NCBI GenBank assembly: GCA_022778545.1
Contig: JALFDW010000035.1
Coordinates: forward strand, 3,816 to 67,815
Direction: 5' to 3'
DNA from: a bacterium
Lineage (GTDB): Bacteria; Bacillota; Clostridia; Christensenellales; CAG-138
Length of the DNA: 64,000 nucleotides
In this document: one piece after another, positions 10,230 through 18,750 of the stretch
Layout: each line of letters starts with the position of its first letter
How positions within the stretch are numbered: the first letter of the stretch is position 1
Position numbers and translations under genes: made by a program
Notes under the pieces: model-generated
Told to the model about the DNA's origin: nothing
Seen by the model: only the letters and a program-made list of their open reading frames with translations
Databases searched by the model: none

Positions 10230-11302
10230 TACGAACCGCTTTCCCCCGAAAGCTGCGCCGTGCGCTCGGCGAGGATCAGCGCGTCGATCAGCTCATCCAT
10301 GTCGCCGTCCATAAACGCTTCAAGCTTATAAAGCGTAAGGCCGATGCGGTGATCGGTCACGCGGTTCTGCGGGAAGTTATAGGTGCGGATACGCTCGCTG
10401 CGGTCGCCTGAGCCCACCTGGCTCCTGCGGTTCGTGGCCTCGGCCTCCGCCGCCTCGTTCTGGTAAAGCTCGAGCAGGCGGCTTTTCAGCACGCGCATCG
10501 CCTTGTCCTTGTTTTTATGCTGGCTGCGCTCATCCTGACACTGCACTACAAGCCCCGTGGGCAGGTGCGTGATGCGGATAGCGCTTTCCGTCTTGTTCAC
10601 ATGCTGTCCGCCCGCGCCGCCGCTGCGGTAAGTGTCGATCTGAAGGTCGTTCGGGTTGATCTCCACCTCCACGTCATCCGCCTCCGGCAGAACGGCGACC
10701 GTTGCCGCGCTCGTGTGGATGCGCCCCTGCGATTCCGTTTCCGGCACACGCTGCACCCGGTGTACGCCGCTTTCAAACTTCATGCGCGAATACGCCCCGC
10801 GCCCGGAAAGCGAGAGTACGACCTCCTTCACGCCACCCATCTCCGTCATGTTCTCGCTCAGGAACTCAGCCTTGAAGCCGTGGCGTTCCGCATAGCGCTG
10901 ATACATTCTGAGAAGGTCTGCGCCGAAGAGCGCCGCCTCATCCCCGCCCGTGCCTGCGCGGATCTCGATGATAACGTTGCGTTCGTCGTTCGGGTCGCGC
11001 GGGAGCAGCATGAATTTCAGCTCCTCCGTGAGCTTCTCCTGCGCTTCCTCGAGTCCGGCAAGCTCCGCGTGGATCAGCTCGCGCATCTCCGCGTCGTGCT
11101 GCTCGGAGAGCATCGCGCGGCAATCCGCAAGCTCCTGCACGATGGCGGTATAGCGGTCATATGCCGCAACGATCTCCGAAAGCTGCGCGTGTTCCCGCGC
11201 AAGTTCCCGATATCGTTTCTGGTCGTTCATCGTTTCCGGCTGTGCCAGCAGCGTAGAAAGCTCCTCGTACCGGTTTTTCAGGCTTTTGAGCTTATTGAGC
11301 AT
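10229..11302 (-). CDS. prfA: Peptide chain release factor 1
   Basis: GGQ motif ([22 protein letters not shown]) and a PxT-type tripeptide (VPETES). Confidence 0.95.
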   Translation of the reverse strand: MLNKLKSLKNRYEELSTLLAQPETMNDQKRYRELAREHAQLSEIVAAYDRYTAIVQELADCRAMLSEQHDAEMRELIHAELAGLEEAQEKLTEELKFMLLPRDPNDERNVIIEIRAGTGGDEAALFGADLLRMYQRYAERHGFKAEFLSENMTEMGGVKEVVLSLSGRGAYSRMKFESGVHRVQRVPETESQGRIHTSAATVAVLPEADDVEVEINPNDLQIDTYRSGGAGGQHVNKTESAIRITHLPTGLVVQCQDERSQHKNKDKAMRVLKSRLLELYQNEAAEAEATNRRSQVGSGDRSERIRTYNFPQNRVTDHRIGLTLYKLEAFMDGDMDELIDALILAERTAQLSGESGS

Positions 11303-12626
11303 ATTCGCCGCTCCATTCGATCAGATTTGCTTGTTCCGTCCCCACAATGTCCATAACATGCTCGAAGCATGCATCCATTTTCCTGAGCGCACTCTCATCC
11401 GGCGGCATGGCCGTAATCGACAGCGCCGCGTCCCCATAGCAGGGCACGGTCTGATGCAGTGTCCTGCCATCCTCGAGCTTCTGTTTGAGACAAAGCACGG
11501 GCAGGTATTCCACCGCCGTGCAGGATACCGCGCCATTCGCGCCGCGCAGAAGGCAAAGGCGCGCGAACATGCCGTATTCCGTGTCCGGCTTGGACATGTT
11601 GGAAAGGAAGTTTCCCAACGAATAAACGATGGGCGCGCGCACGGTTTTCCCGTCCCGCTCCGTTTCGATCCATTCGATGGGCTGCACTACATGCGGGTGC
11701 GAGCCGATGACCGCATCCGCCCCGGCATCCACGAGCCATTGCGCCGTCTTTTCCTGGCGGCTGCTCTCCACAGCCTCAAACTCGCTGCCCCAGTGCACAA
11801 ACGCTATTATAAACTCCGCGCCCGCTTCCCTGCAAGATACGATCTCGCGTTGGAGCGCTTCCTCCCGGGAAAGGCGCGAAACGGCAAAGCTCCGGCTTTC
11901 CGAAGGGATCAGCCCGTCGTTGCTGTTCACGCTCTCTGTCGCACAGACGATGCCGATGTGGATGCCGTTTGCCGTAAGGATGCGCGGCGTAAAGCGATCC
12001 TCCTCGGAAAGATAGCAGCCGCCCTGCAAAAGCCCCGCCGCGCGCAGCGTTTCCGCCGTGCGGAGCAGACCCGCATAGCCCCGGTCCAGGCAGTGGTTGT
12101 TCGCCGTGGATGCGAAGTCCACCCCCGCCTCCACAAGGTCCTGCGCCAGCGCATCCGGCGCGTTGAAGGCCTGGAAGGGCTGCTTGGGCGTCGGGTCGGC
12201 CTCCGTGGCCGGCGGCGCAGTCGGCCGGGGCTCGGAATAGCCCGCTTCCGCGCCCGCCATCGCGCCCTCAAAGTTGACCGCGACAACATCCGTTTCCGCA
12301 AAGATGCGTTCCATGGGCGCAAAGCTGCCGGAAAAATCGTAGCTGCCATCCGCCTGTTTTGCGTTCTGCACCTGCGTCTGCATGATGAGGATATCCCCCG
12401 CAAAACCGATCAGCGCCGCCTGCGGCGTCGGCTCCGGCGTGGGCGTCAGGTCCGGCGTAGGTTTCTCCGTAGGAGAAGGCGTCTGCTCCGGCGCGGCGGA
12501 AGCCGCAGGCAAAAGCTCCTCCACAGGCGCGGGCGTAACCGTAACCGGAACAACCGCTTCGGCAGCACACCCTGCAAGCACCAGAGCGGCGCACAGCAGG
12601 AAGAACACGGCTGATTTTTTCAGCAT
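11292..12626 (-). CDS. CapA/PGA_cap-family metallophosphatase-like lipoprotein
   Basis: Trimmed to ATG 12626 ([20 protein letters not shown], lipobox). Pro/Thr-rich linker, then a CapA-like core ([14 protein letters not shown]). Overlaps the prmC stop and the prfA start. Confidence 0.7.
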   Translation of the reverse strand: MLKKSAVFFLLCAALVLAGCAAEAVVPVTVTPAPVEELLPAASAAPEQTPSPTEKPTPDLTPTPEPTPQAALIGFAGDILIMQTQVQNAKQADGSYDFSGSFAPMERIFAETDVVAVNFEGAMAGAEAGYSEPRPTAPPATEADPTPKQPFQAFNAPDALAQDLVEAGVDFASTANNHCLDRGYAGLLRTAETLRAAGLLQGGCYLSEEDRFTPRILTANGIHIGIVCATESVNSNDGLIPSESRSFAVSRLSREEALQREIVSCREAGAEFIIAFVHWGSEFEAVESSRQEKTAQWLVDAGADAVIGSHPHVVQPIEWIETERDGKTVRAPIVYSLGNFLSNMSKPDTEYGMFARLCLLRGANGAVSCTAVEYLPVLCLKQKLEDGRTLHQTVPCYGDAALSITAMPPDESALRKMDACFEHVMDIVGTEQANLIEWSGEYAQ

Positions 12627-13450
12627 ACTACGACCACCCTTTCCACGCCGCAAAGATCGCGCACGGCATATGCCGTTTTTCCGAACATGACGCATACGTC
12701 GGCCGCCTGCCCGAAACCGACCTCCATGAGCAGCACGCCGCCCGGAGCAATGTGCGCGGCATATTCCGCTGCGATGCGGCGGTAAAAATCAAGACCGTCC
12801 GCGCCGCCATAAAGCGCAAGCGCCGGTTCAAAGCGCACCTCCCGCTGGAGCGCATCCATGTCCGCATCGGAAAGATACGGTGGGTTGCAGGCGATGAGGT
12901 CAAAAGTATCTTTTATATTGGAAAACAGGTCTGTCTCCACAATGCGCGCACACACGCCGTTTTTCTCCGCGTTTTCCCGCGCAAGGGCAAGCGCGCCCGC
13001 ACTGATGTCCGCAAGCGTGGCCGAAACGCCGGAAAGCTTTGCAAGGCTGATGCCGATGCAGCCCGTGCCGCAGCAAAGGTCCAGCACCGCGCGGTATCCG
13101 CGTTCCCGGATGAGGCCGAGCGCCGTTTCGATCAGCGTCTCCGTATCCTGCCGCGGGATAAGCGCGCGGGCATCCACCGCAAAGGGCAGCCCCATCAGCT
13201 CCCATTCACCGAGGATATATTGCAGCGGTTCGCCCGCAAGCCGCCGTTTGAGCATGGCTTCGAGCTTTTTTTCATATTCCCCGGGAAATACGTCATTTTG
13301 GCGCGAAAGCAGACGCGCCGCGTCCCACCCGAACGCATGGCAGAAAAAAAGCCGCGCTTCCCGTGCGGCTTCCTCTGCAGCAACGGGCGCAAGCGCGGCC
13401 TGTGCCGCGCGAAGCGCCTCGCGTATGGTCTTTTGCTTTTGCTCAGTCAC
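12620..13450 (-). CDS. prmC: Release factor glutamine N5-methyltransferase
   Basis: NPPY motif (IACNPPYLSD), SAM motif LDLCCGTGCIG. Start proposed at GTG 13450, overlapping the upstream stop; the longer track ORF has an Arg-rich, non-protein-like N-terminus. Confidence 0.85.
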   Translation of the reverse strand: MTEQKQKTIREALRAAQAALAPVAAEEAAREARLFFCHAFGWDAARLLSRQNDVFPGEYEKKLEAMLKRRLAGEPLQYILGEWELMGLPFAVDARALIPRQDTETLIETALGLIRERGYRAVLDLCCGTGCIGISLAKLSGVSATLADISAGALALARENAEKNGVCARIVETDLFSNIKDTFDLIACNPPYLSDADMDALQREVRFEPALALYGGADGLDFYRRIAAEYAAHIAPGGVLLMEVGFGQAADVCVMFGKTAYAVRDLCGVERVVVVC

Positions 13451-14480
13451 TTGCCTTCGTTTCCTCCACCTGCCCGGCAGCCGCTTCCTCCGGCTCAGCC
13501 CCAGCCGGTTTTGCGGCGGTTTCCGCAGCCGCGGCTTCCGTTTTCTCCGCCTGCTTTGCGGCAAAACCCTCCGGATCCATCGCCAGCTCGAACGCGGTGA
13601 TCGCAACCTCGATCATGTCCGGCGTGGGCTCCTTTGTGGTGATGTACTGCAGCCCCATGCCCGGAGCGCGGATGATCCGCGTGAGAAGGTTATCGTGTTT
13701 TGCGGCAAAGCGCAGCACCTCGTAGGAAAGCCCCGCCACCACCGGCAGAAACACAAGACGCGTCGCAAGGCGCACGAAGAAGTTCGAATTCCAGCCCACC
13801 ACCGCGAAGAACAGGATAGACACCGCCATCACGAGGAACAGATAGTTCGTGCCGCAGCGCGGGTGCAGGCGGCTGTGCTTCATCGCGTTTTCCGGCGTGA
13901 GCGGCTCCTCCGCCTCGTAGCAGGCGATGGTCTTATGCTCCGCACCATGGTACATGAACACGCGCCGCACATCCTGCACGCGGGAGCAGAGCAGAATATA
14001 CCCAAGGAAGATCAGGAGGCGCACCAGCCCTTCCGTCAGGCTTTTCCAAACGGAGGCAACCTCGCTTGCGCCGAGCAGGAGCGAACTTATGAGCGTGGGG
14101 AGCACGAAAAACAGCCCCACGGCAAGGCAGACCGCCAGGATCACCGCAAAGCCCATGATCACGCTTTCCACGGACTTGCCGAGCTTCTCTGCCAGCCATT
14201 TTTCAAACTTTGTCGGCTCCTCATCGATCTCCTCGCCGATGAGCTTCGCGGATTCCGTAAGCGTCCCCATGCCCACGGAGAGCGATTCCACAAAAGTGAC
14301 CACGCCGCGCACGATAGGCAGGCCAAGGAAGGTGCCCTTCTGCGCACGGGACTTCTGCGGCTTATACTGCGTAGCGATCGTCCCATCCGGCTTGCGCACC
14401 GCCATCGCGATGCCCGTCGGAGATTTCATCATCACGCCTTCCATTACGGCCTGTCCGCCGACCGTACAAACCTTGCTCAT
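13443..14480 (-). CDS. DUF1385 family membrane protein (YqhQ-like)
   Basis: GGQAVMEGVMMKSP N-terminal motif, multi-TM. Trimmed to ATG 14480. Ala/Glu-rich C-terminal tail. Confidence 0.8.
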   Translation of the reverse strand: MSKVCTVGGQAVMEGVMMKSPTGIAMAVRKPDGTIATQYKPQKSRAQKGTFLGLPIVRGVVTFVESLSVGMGTLTESAKLIGEEIDEEPTKFEKWLAEKLGKSVESVIMGFAVILAVCLAVGLFFVLPTLISSLLLGASEVASVWKSLTEGLVRLLIFLGYILLCSRVQDVRRVFMYHGAEHKTIACYEAEEPLTPENAMKHSRLHPRCGTNYLFLVMAVSILFFAVVGWNSNFFVRLATRLVFLPVVAGLSYEVLRFAAKHDNLLTRIIRAPGMGLQYITTKEPTPDMIEVAITAFELAMDPEGFAAKQAEKTEAAAAETAAKPAGAEPEEAAAGQVEETKASD

Positions 14481-14705
14481 ACTGCCATATCCTCCGAACG
14501 CCCCGAAGGGCGCTTTCCTTTGCGATCGCCCGGCTGCCCGGGCTGTTTTCTTTATTATAGCATGAACGGAACATACCGTCAGCCGCACAATGTGAAAAAA
14601 GATTGAAAAAGCAAAAAAGCGGCAACACTATGAAAAAGCGGGATCGCCTGCCGCCGCGCGCGGCCCGGGTTCCCCTGCAATACACAAGATGGAGGTATTT
14701 GATCC

Positions 14706-15437
14706 ATGCAGAAATTCCGGCAGTCATTCAAAACATTCAAATTGAAAGCGGCGGCCTTTTTCCGCGCCCGCGGATATTACATCGCGCTGACTGCGTGCAT
14801 CGCAGTGCTGTGCACGGCGGCCATTGCCGCCTTCTCCGTCCCGGAGGAACCGGAGCCCACGCCCGGCCCCTCGGACGCACCCGTCGCCTATTCCAACGAT
14901 GAACGGCTCACCGAGGCGGCGCGCACGCCTGCGCCCGCACTTCCTTCGCCGTCTCCCTCGCCCACGCCCATCCCCGATTTCACGGAAGCGCCGAAGCCCA
15001 CAAAAGCCCCCGCGCGCACAAAGGCGTCGGCGCCCGTTTCCGGCGAAGTCATCTGGGGCTTTGCGGTAGATTCCCTGCTCTATTCCCGCACGCTCGATCA
15101 ATGGATGACGCACGCCGGCGTTGACGTGGCCTCCCCCAAGGGAACGGAAGTACATGCCGTGTTTGCAGGCACGGTGGAAGCCGTTTACACGGACGATGCG
15201 CTCGGCGTGACCGTTGAAGTGAAAAGCCGGGACGGCATGCTTGCCGTCTATGCCAACCTTGCGGCAGAGCCGCCTGTGCGGGAAGGCGCACGCCTGAACG
15301 CGGGCGACTGCATCGGCACAATAGGCAACACGGCCATTTCGGAATGCGGCGACAAGAGCCATCTGCATTTTGAGCTGCACCGGGATGGAAAGCCCGTTGA
15401 CCCCACGGAATATGTTCTGTTTGAGAAGGCGCGCTGA
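14706..15437 (+). CDS. M23 family metallopeptidase, membrane anchored
   Basis: N-terminal TM, Pro-rich linker, HLHFELH zinc motif; RBS GGAGG 10 nt upstream. Confidence 0.85.
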   Translation: MQKFRQSFKTFKLKAAAFFRARGYYIALTACIAVLCTAAIAAFSVPEEPEPTPGPSDAPVAYSNDERLTEAARTPAPALPSPSPSPTPIPDFTEAPKPTKAPARTKASAPVSGEVIWGFAVDSLLYSRTLDQWMTHAGVDVASPKGTEVHAVFAGTVEAVYTDDALGVTVEVKSRDGMLAVYANLAAEPPVREGARLNAGDCIGTIGNTAISECGDKSHLHFELHRDGKPVDPTEYVLFEKAR

Positions 15438-15447
15438 TGCGCGCCTT
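15426..15447. terminator. Bidirectional hairpin between the convergent M23 and TetR genes
   Basis: AAGGCGCGC-TGAT-GCGCGCCTT, a perfect 9-bp stem spanning the M23 stop codon. Confidence 0.6.
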
Positions 15448-15473
15448 TCTATATCATCAAAAAAGTGGAATCT

Positions 15474-16001
15474 TCACAAGCGCTTCGGCATATATTCCGC
15501 GCGCAGGATGCTCTCCATTTCCTCCGGCGTCTCCCGGCAGCCGTTCTTCAACCACATCCGGATGATCGCGTTGAGGCCGTTGCGGAAAAACTCCATATGA
15601 TACTCGATATAATTGGAATCATAAAACCGGGCGGCCTGCCCAACATCGTATTCCGTAATCTGAAACCTTCCATCCATCCCCAGTTTGAAATAGGTTTTGT
15701 AAAACAGCTGGTTTTCCCGGATATGCCGGAACAGCTTCAGGAAATCGTTGCTGTTGTATTTTCTCTCCCGCTCCTCCCGATACAGGTCGAACACCTGCGC
15801 CTCAAGGTTTTTCTGCACCGCATCCGCAAGGGCAAAGAGGTCGTCATAGTTCGCATAGAACGTGGTCCGGTTCACGCCCGCCTCCCTGCAAAGCTCTGTC
15901 ACCCGGATCTCATTGAATTCCTTATACTGCAGCAGCTTCACGAAAGCCATCTCGATCCGCTTTTGTGAATCCCGGCGGCGTTTGTTGTTCGGTGTATTCA
16001 T
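15474..16001 (-). CDS. TetR/AcrR family transcriptional regulator
   Basis: N-terminal HTH IRVTELCREAGVNRTTFYANY; 175 aa; divergent from the 16121 operon. Confidence 0.9.
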   Translation of the reverse strand: MNTPNNKRRRDSQKRIEMAFVKLLQYKEFNEIRVTELCREAGVNRTTFYANYDDLFALADAVQKNLEAQVFDLYREERERKYNSNDFLKLFRHIRENQLFYKTYFKLGMDGRFQITEYDVGQAARFYDSNYIEYHMEFFRNGLNAIIRMWLKNGCRETPEEMESILRAEYMPKRL

Positions 16002-16018
16002 ATATCCCCCTCATTATC

Positions 16019-16032
16019 ACAACACTTGTTGT
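16019..16032. promoter_or_regulatory. Candidate TetR operator, copy 1 (ACAACACTTGTTGT)
   Basis: Inverted arms ACAACA/TGTTGT. The same 14-15-mer recurs in opposite orientation at 16087..16102. Confidence 0.5.
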
Positions 16033-16086
16033 CAAATTGCTGATTGTTTTCTCTCTCCCCATACAGTATACTTCATAGCACAATAA

Positions 16087-16102
16087 ACAAACAAGTGTTG
16101 TT
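16087..16102. promoter_or_regulatory. Candidate TetR operator, copy 2 (reverse complement AACAACACTTGTTTGT)
   Basis: Near-identical to copy 1 with one extra T; lies about 20 nt upstream of the RBS of the 16121 gene. Confidence 0.5.
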
Positions 16103-16120
16103 TTAATTTGTGGAGGTGAA

Positions 16121-16366
16121 TTGAAAATGTCAAAGTTCAAAGAAGCGAACAAGAAGATCGAAGCAGCCGTCACCGACGGCTACAAAGCCATTGAAGATGG
16201 CGTTGTGGCAGGGTATAAGGCCATTGAAGAAGGCGTCGTAAGCGGTTACAAAAAAGTGGAGGACAAGTTCATTGACACCTTCCTGGCTGAGGAAGGCGAA
16301 ACGACGGAGCAGGCAAAAGAAAGAATCATGCACCAGCAGAAAAACAACGGAGGGCAAGCCAAATGA
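16121..16366 (+). CDS. Small soluble protein with three tandem 11-residue repeats
   Basis: DGYKAIEDGVV / AGYKAIEEGVV / SGYKKVEDKFI; RBS GGAGGTG; its stop overlaps the next start (ATGA). Confidence 0.7.
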   Translation: MKMSKFKEANKKIEAAVTDGYKAIEDGVVAGYKAIEEGVVSGYKKVEDKFIDTFLAEEGETTEQAKERIMHQQKNNGGQAK

Positions 16367-16731
16367 AGAAGGAAAACTTCGTATCCCTGATTCTCGGCAC
16401 CGTGGGCGGTATCCTTTTCGCGCTCGGGATGTGCATGTGCCTGCTTCCCGATTGGAACGCATTCAAGCTTGGGCTCGTCACCGGCGTGATCGGCCTTGCA
16501 GTGCTCCTTGCCATGCTGTTCGTGCGCAGGAAAATACAGGGAAAGCCGCCCGTGAAGCTCAACCGCAGGACCGTCGGCATCATCGTCCTTGCGGTGCTCG
16601 GCACGCTTGTGCTCGGCGCGGGCATGTGCCTTGTGATGGTATGGGAGCGCCTCGCGCTCGGCATTCTCGTGGGCATCATTGGCATCGTCATGCTCCTTTG
16701 CCTGATCCCGCTCACAAAAGGGATCAAATAA
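16363..16731 (+). CDS. 4-TM membrane protein with internal duplication
   Basis: Two halves share the pattern G(T)xxGxxLxxxGMC(M/L): LGTVGGILFALGMCMCL and LGTLVLGAGMCLVMVW. Confidence 0.7.
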   Translation: MKKENFVSLILGTVGGILFALGMCMCLLPDWNAFKLGLVTGVIGLAVLLAMLFVRRKIQGKPPVKLNRRTVGIIVLAVLGTLVLGAGMCLVMVWERLALGILVGIIGIVMLLCLIPLTKGIK

Positions 16732-16749
16732 AGCGATTCCGGCGGTTTT

Positions 16750-17652
16750 ATGAAACGCTTTCTGCAAAACTTGCGCGGCCTGTTCTATCCCAACGGTCTG
16801 CTGCTGACACTGCTCATGCTGGTGTCAGCAGCAGGCCTTGCCGCTGTTTTTTTGCTGGATGCTTCCGACACCGCGTTTGCCTATGCTGTTTTCCCCGTTT
16901 CAGCGTATACGCTCTCTGCCGCTGTGTTGCGCATTCCTCCACTCGCACGGGGTGCAAAAGCCCGGCTGCACCGGAACGCTTTCCTGCGCAGATATGCGGA
17001 AGAACTCCCTTTCCGCGCGGAGGTATCGCTTTGCTTTTCCTTTGCCGTAAACCTGCTCTATGCCCTGTTGAAAGCAGCCGCAGCGCTTCGTTTCCGTTCC
17101 GGGTGGTTCGGCGCTCTGGCGTTTTATTACGCATCGCTTGGCACAATGCGTTTTTTGCTGCTGCGCCGCGTCAGAAACGGCGCGCCAGATCCGCTTCGTT
17201 CTTTTCAGGCCTATCGCGCCGTTGGGTTTCTTCTCTTGACGCTTACGGCCGCGGTCGGCGCAATGGCGTTCACCATGCTCCGCTACAGAGCCGCGCCCGC
17301 ATACCCCGGCCACCTTATCTTTGCCGTGGCCGCCTACACCTTTTTCAGCCTTGGTTCTGCGATCACAAGCATCGTGCGCTACCGAAAGCTTGGCGACCCC
17401 ATCCATTCCGCCGGGAAGGCCATCGCGCTCGCGTCGGCGCTCGTCTCCCTGTTTTCGCTGCAAGCGGCGCTGCTTGCGGCTTTCGGGCACGGCGACGATG
17501 CCGCATGGCAAAGGAGCATGCATCTTGCGACAGGGCTTTCTGTTTTCCTGCTGATCTCCGGCATTGCATCTTACATGATCGCAACAGGCAGCCGCGCCAT
17601 TTCCGAATGCAGGGCCGCTCCTTCAGCTGCAAAAAAAAGGCTGACGGCTTAA
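16750..17652 (+). CDS. Polytopic membrane protein (about 8 TM), unknown family
   Basis: 300 aa, hydrophobic throughout, same strand as the two genes above; weak RBS. Confidence 0.6.
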   Translation: MKRFLQNLRGLFYPNGLLLTLLMLVSAAGLAAVFLLDASDTAFAYAVFPVSAYTLSAAVLRIPPLARGAKARLHRNAFLRRYAEELPFRAEVSLCFSFAVNLLYALLKAAAALRFRSGWFGALAFYYASLGTMRFLLLRRVRNGAPDPLRSFQAYRAVGFLLLTLTAAVGAMAFTMLRYRAAPAYPGHLIFAVAAYTFFSLGSAITSIVRYRKLGDPIHSAGKAIALASALVSLFSLQAALLAAFGHGDDAAWQRSMHLATGLSVFLLISGIASYMIATGSRAISECRAAPSAAKKRLTA

Positions 17653-17677
17653 TAGCAACTGTTCGTAAAACAGTTCC

Positions 17678-17710
17678 AGTCCCGGTAAGCATCACTGCCG
17701 GGACTTTTCT
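17678..17710 (+). terminator. Rho-independent terminator of the TetR-controlled operon
   Basis: AGTCCCGG - 12-nt loop - CCGGGACT followed by TTTTCTT. Confidence 0.6.
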
Positions 17711-17774
17711 TGCATATATTGAAGCCGTATGATAGGATTAAACAGGCCGATAAACTGGAATTTGGAGAGATATT

Positions 17775-18104
17775 ATGATGAAAATCAGCATTGCAGATTA
17801 TGAAGATTACCTATATGACCATTATAAGAGCCATGGTATTGATACCAGTTTGTTTATGAAATTAGTTGAAGAAGTAGGTGAAGTTGCAGATGTTCTAAAT
17901 AAACGGGACGGAAGGAAGGCTTCTGATAACGAAGATTTGAAATCTCAATTAGCAAATGAATTGGCGGATGTTATTCATTACGCCTTTGCGATTGCATCAT
18001 TAAACCAAATCAACTTGAATGATGTTATTATCGAGAAAGATAAAAGAACTTCAATAAAATATCATCACGAAAGAAACCTTGAGCAGTTTATGTCAGAACG
18101 ATAA
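17775..18104 (+). CDS. MazG-like nucleotide pyrophosphohydrolase domain protein
   Basis: EEVGEVADVL and ELADVIHY helices typical of the all-alpha NTP-PPase fold; 109 aa. About 32% G+C in a line I counted. The second ATG (17778) has better RBS spacing. Confidence 0.75.
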   Translation: MMKISIADYEDYLYDHYKSHGIDTSLFMKLVEEVGEVADVLNKRDGRKASDNEDLKSQLANELADVIHYAFAIASLNQINLNDVIIEKDKRTSIKYHHERNLEQFMSER

Positions 18105-18178
18105 ATTCCAATTTGTCGAACTGATAAAGGGCTCACTTCTATACACCTTTCGGTGTACTGTGCGATCTGCGATTTTGC

Positions 18179-18242
18179 GCAGCGCCAAAGCCTCCCTTGT
18201 GTAAAGGGAGGTGGCACGGCGTAAGCCGTGACGGAGGGATTG
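18179..18242. repeat. Left terminal inverted repeat of the DUF559 cassette (two hairpins + RBS)
   Basis: GCAGCGCC..CCTCCCTTgtgtaAAGGGAGG..CACGGCgtaaGCCGTG..GAGGGATTG; matches the reverse complement of 18590..18648. Confidence 0.85.
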
Positions 18243-18244
18243 TC

Positions 18245-18613
18245 ATGCAGCCAAAGCACAATAAGCAGTTGGTTCCTTTGGCAAAACAGCTGCGAAAAGA
18301 AATGACCAGGGAAGAATGGCACCTATGGTATGATTTTCTGCGTTCCTACCCGGTCCGTTTTTCCAGGCAAAAGGTGCTGAGAAAATATATCGCTGATTTC
18401 TATAGCGCAGAAGCAAAACTCGTCATTGAGCTGGACGGTTCTCAGCACTATGAGGATGGAAACGTCAAAAAAGATGCAGACCGCACCGCTTTTCTTGAGG
18501 GGTATGGTCTGAGAGTCATTCGTATCCCCAACAACGAAGTCGGCAGAAATTTCCGTGGAGTTTGTGCGTATATCGATGCTGCGGTAAAGCAATCCCTCAG
18601 TCAGCTTCGCTGA
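18245..18613 (+). CDS. DUF559 (Vsr-like) endonuclease domain protein
   Basis: Trimmed to ATG 18245 (MQPKHNKQL...). Motifs YIADFYSAEAKLVIELDGSQH and GYGLRVIRIPNNEV are typical of DUF559. Confidence 0.85.
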   Translation: MQPKHNKQLVPLAKQLRKEMTREEWHLWYDFLRSYPVRFSRQKVLRKYIADFYSAEAKLVIELDGSQHYEDGNVKKDADRTAFLEGYGLRVIRIPNNEVGRNFRGVCAYIDAAVKQSLSQLR

Positions 18614-18648
18614 CAGCTCCCTTTACACAAGGGAGCCCTGGGCGCTGC
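18590..18648. repeat. Right terminal inverted repeat of the DUF559 cassette
   Basis: The reverse complement reads GCAGCGCC..GCTCCCTTgtgtaAAGGGAGC..GTCAGCgaaGCTGAC..GAGGGATTG; it overlaps the last 8 codons of the DUF559 gene. Confidence 0.85.
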
Positions 18649-18670
18649 CACACCAGTACATAACATAAAA

Positions 18671-18700
18671 ACCGACCTATGATCGCAACCATAGGTCGGT
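18671..18700. terminator. Bidirectional rho-independent terminator
   Basis: ACCGACCTAT(G)-loop-(C)ATAGGTCGGT, a 10-11-bp perfect stem, flanked by AAAA on the left and TT..TTTT on the right, between convergent genes. Confidence 0.8.
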
Positions 18701-18750
18701 TTAACTGTTTTAAGACCCCCCGCCGAACTCCGTCAGTTTTCTTTTCTTTA

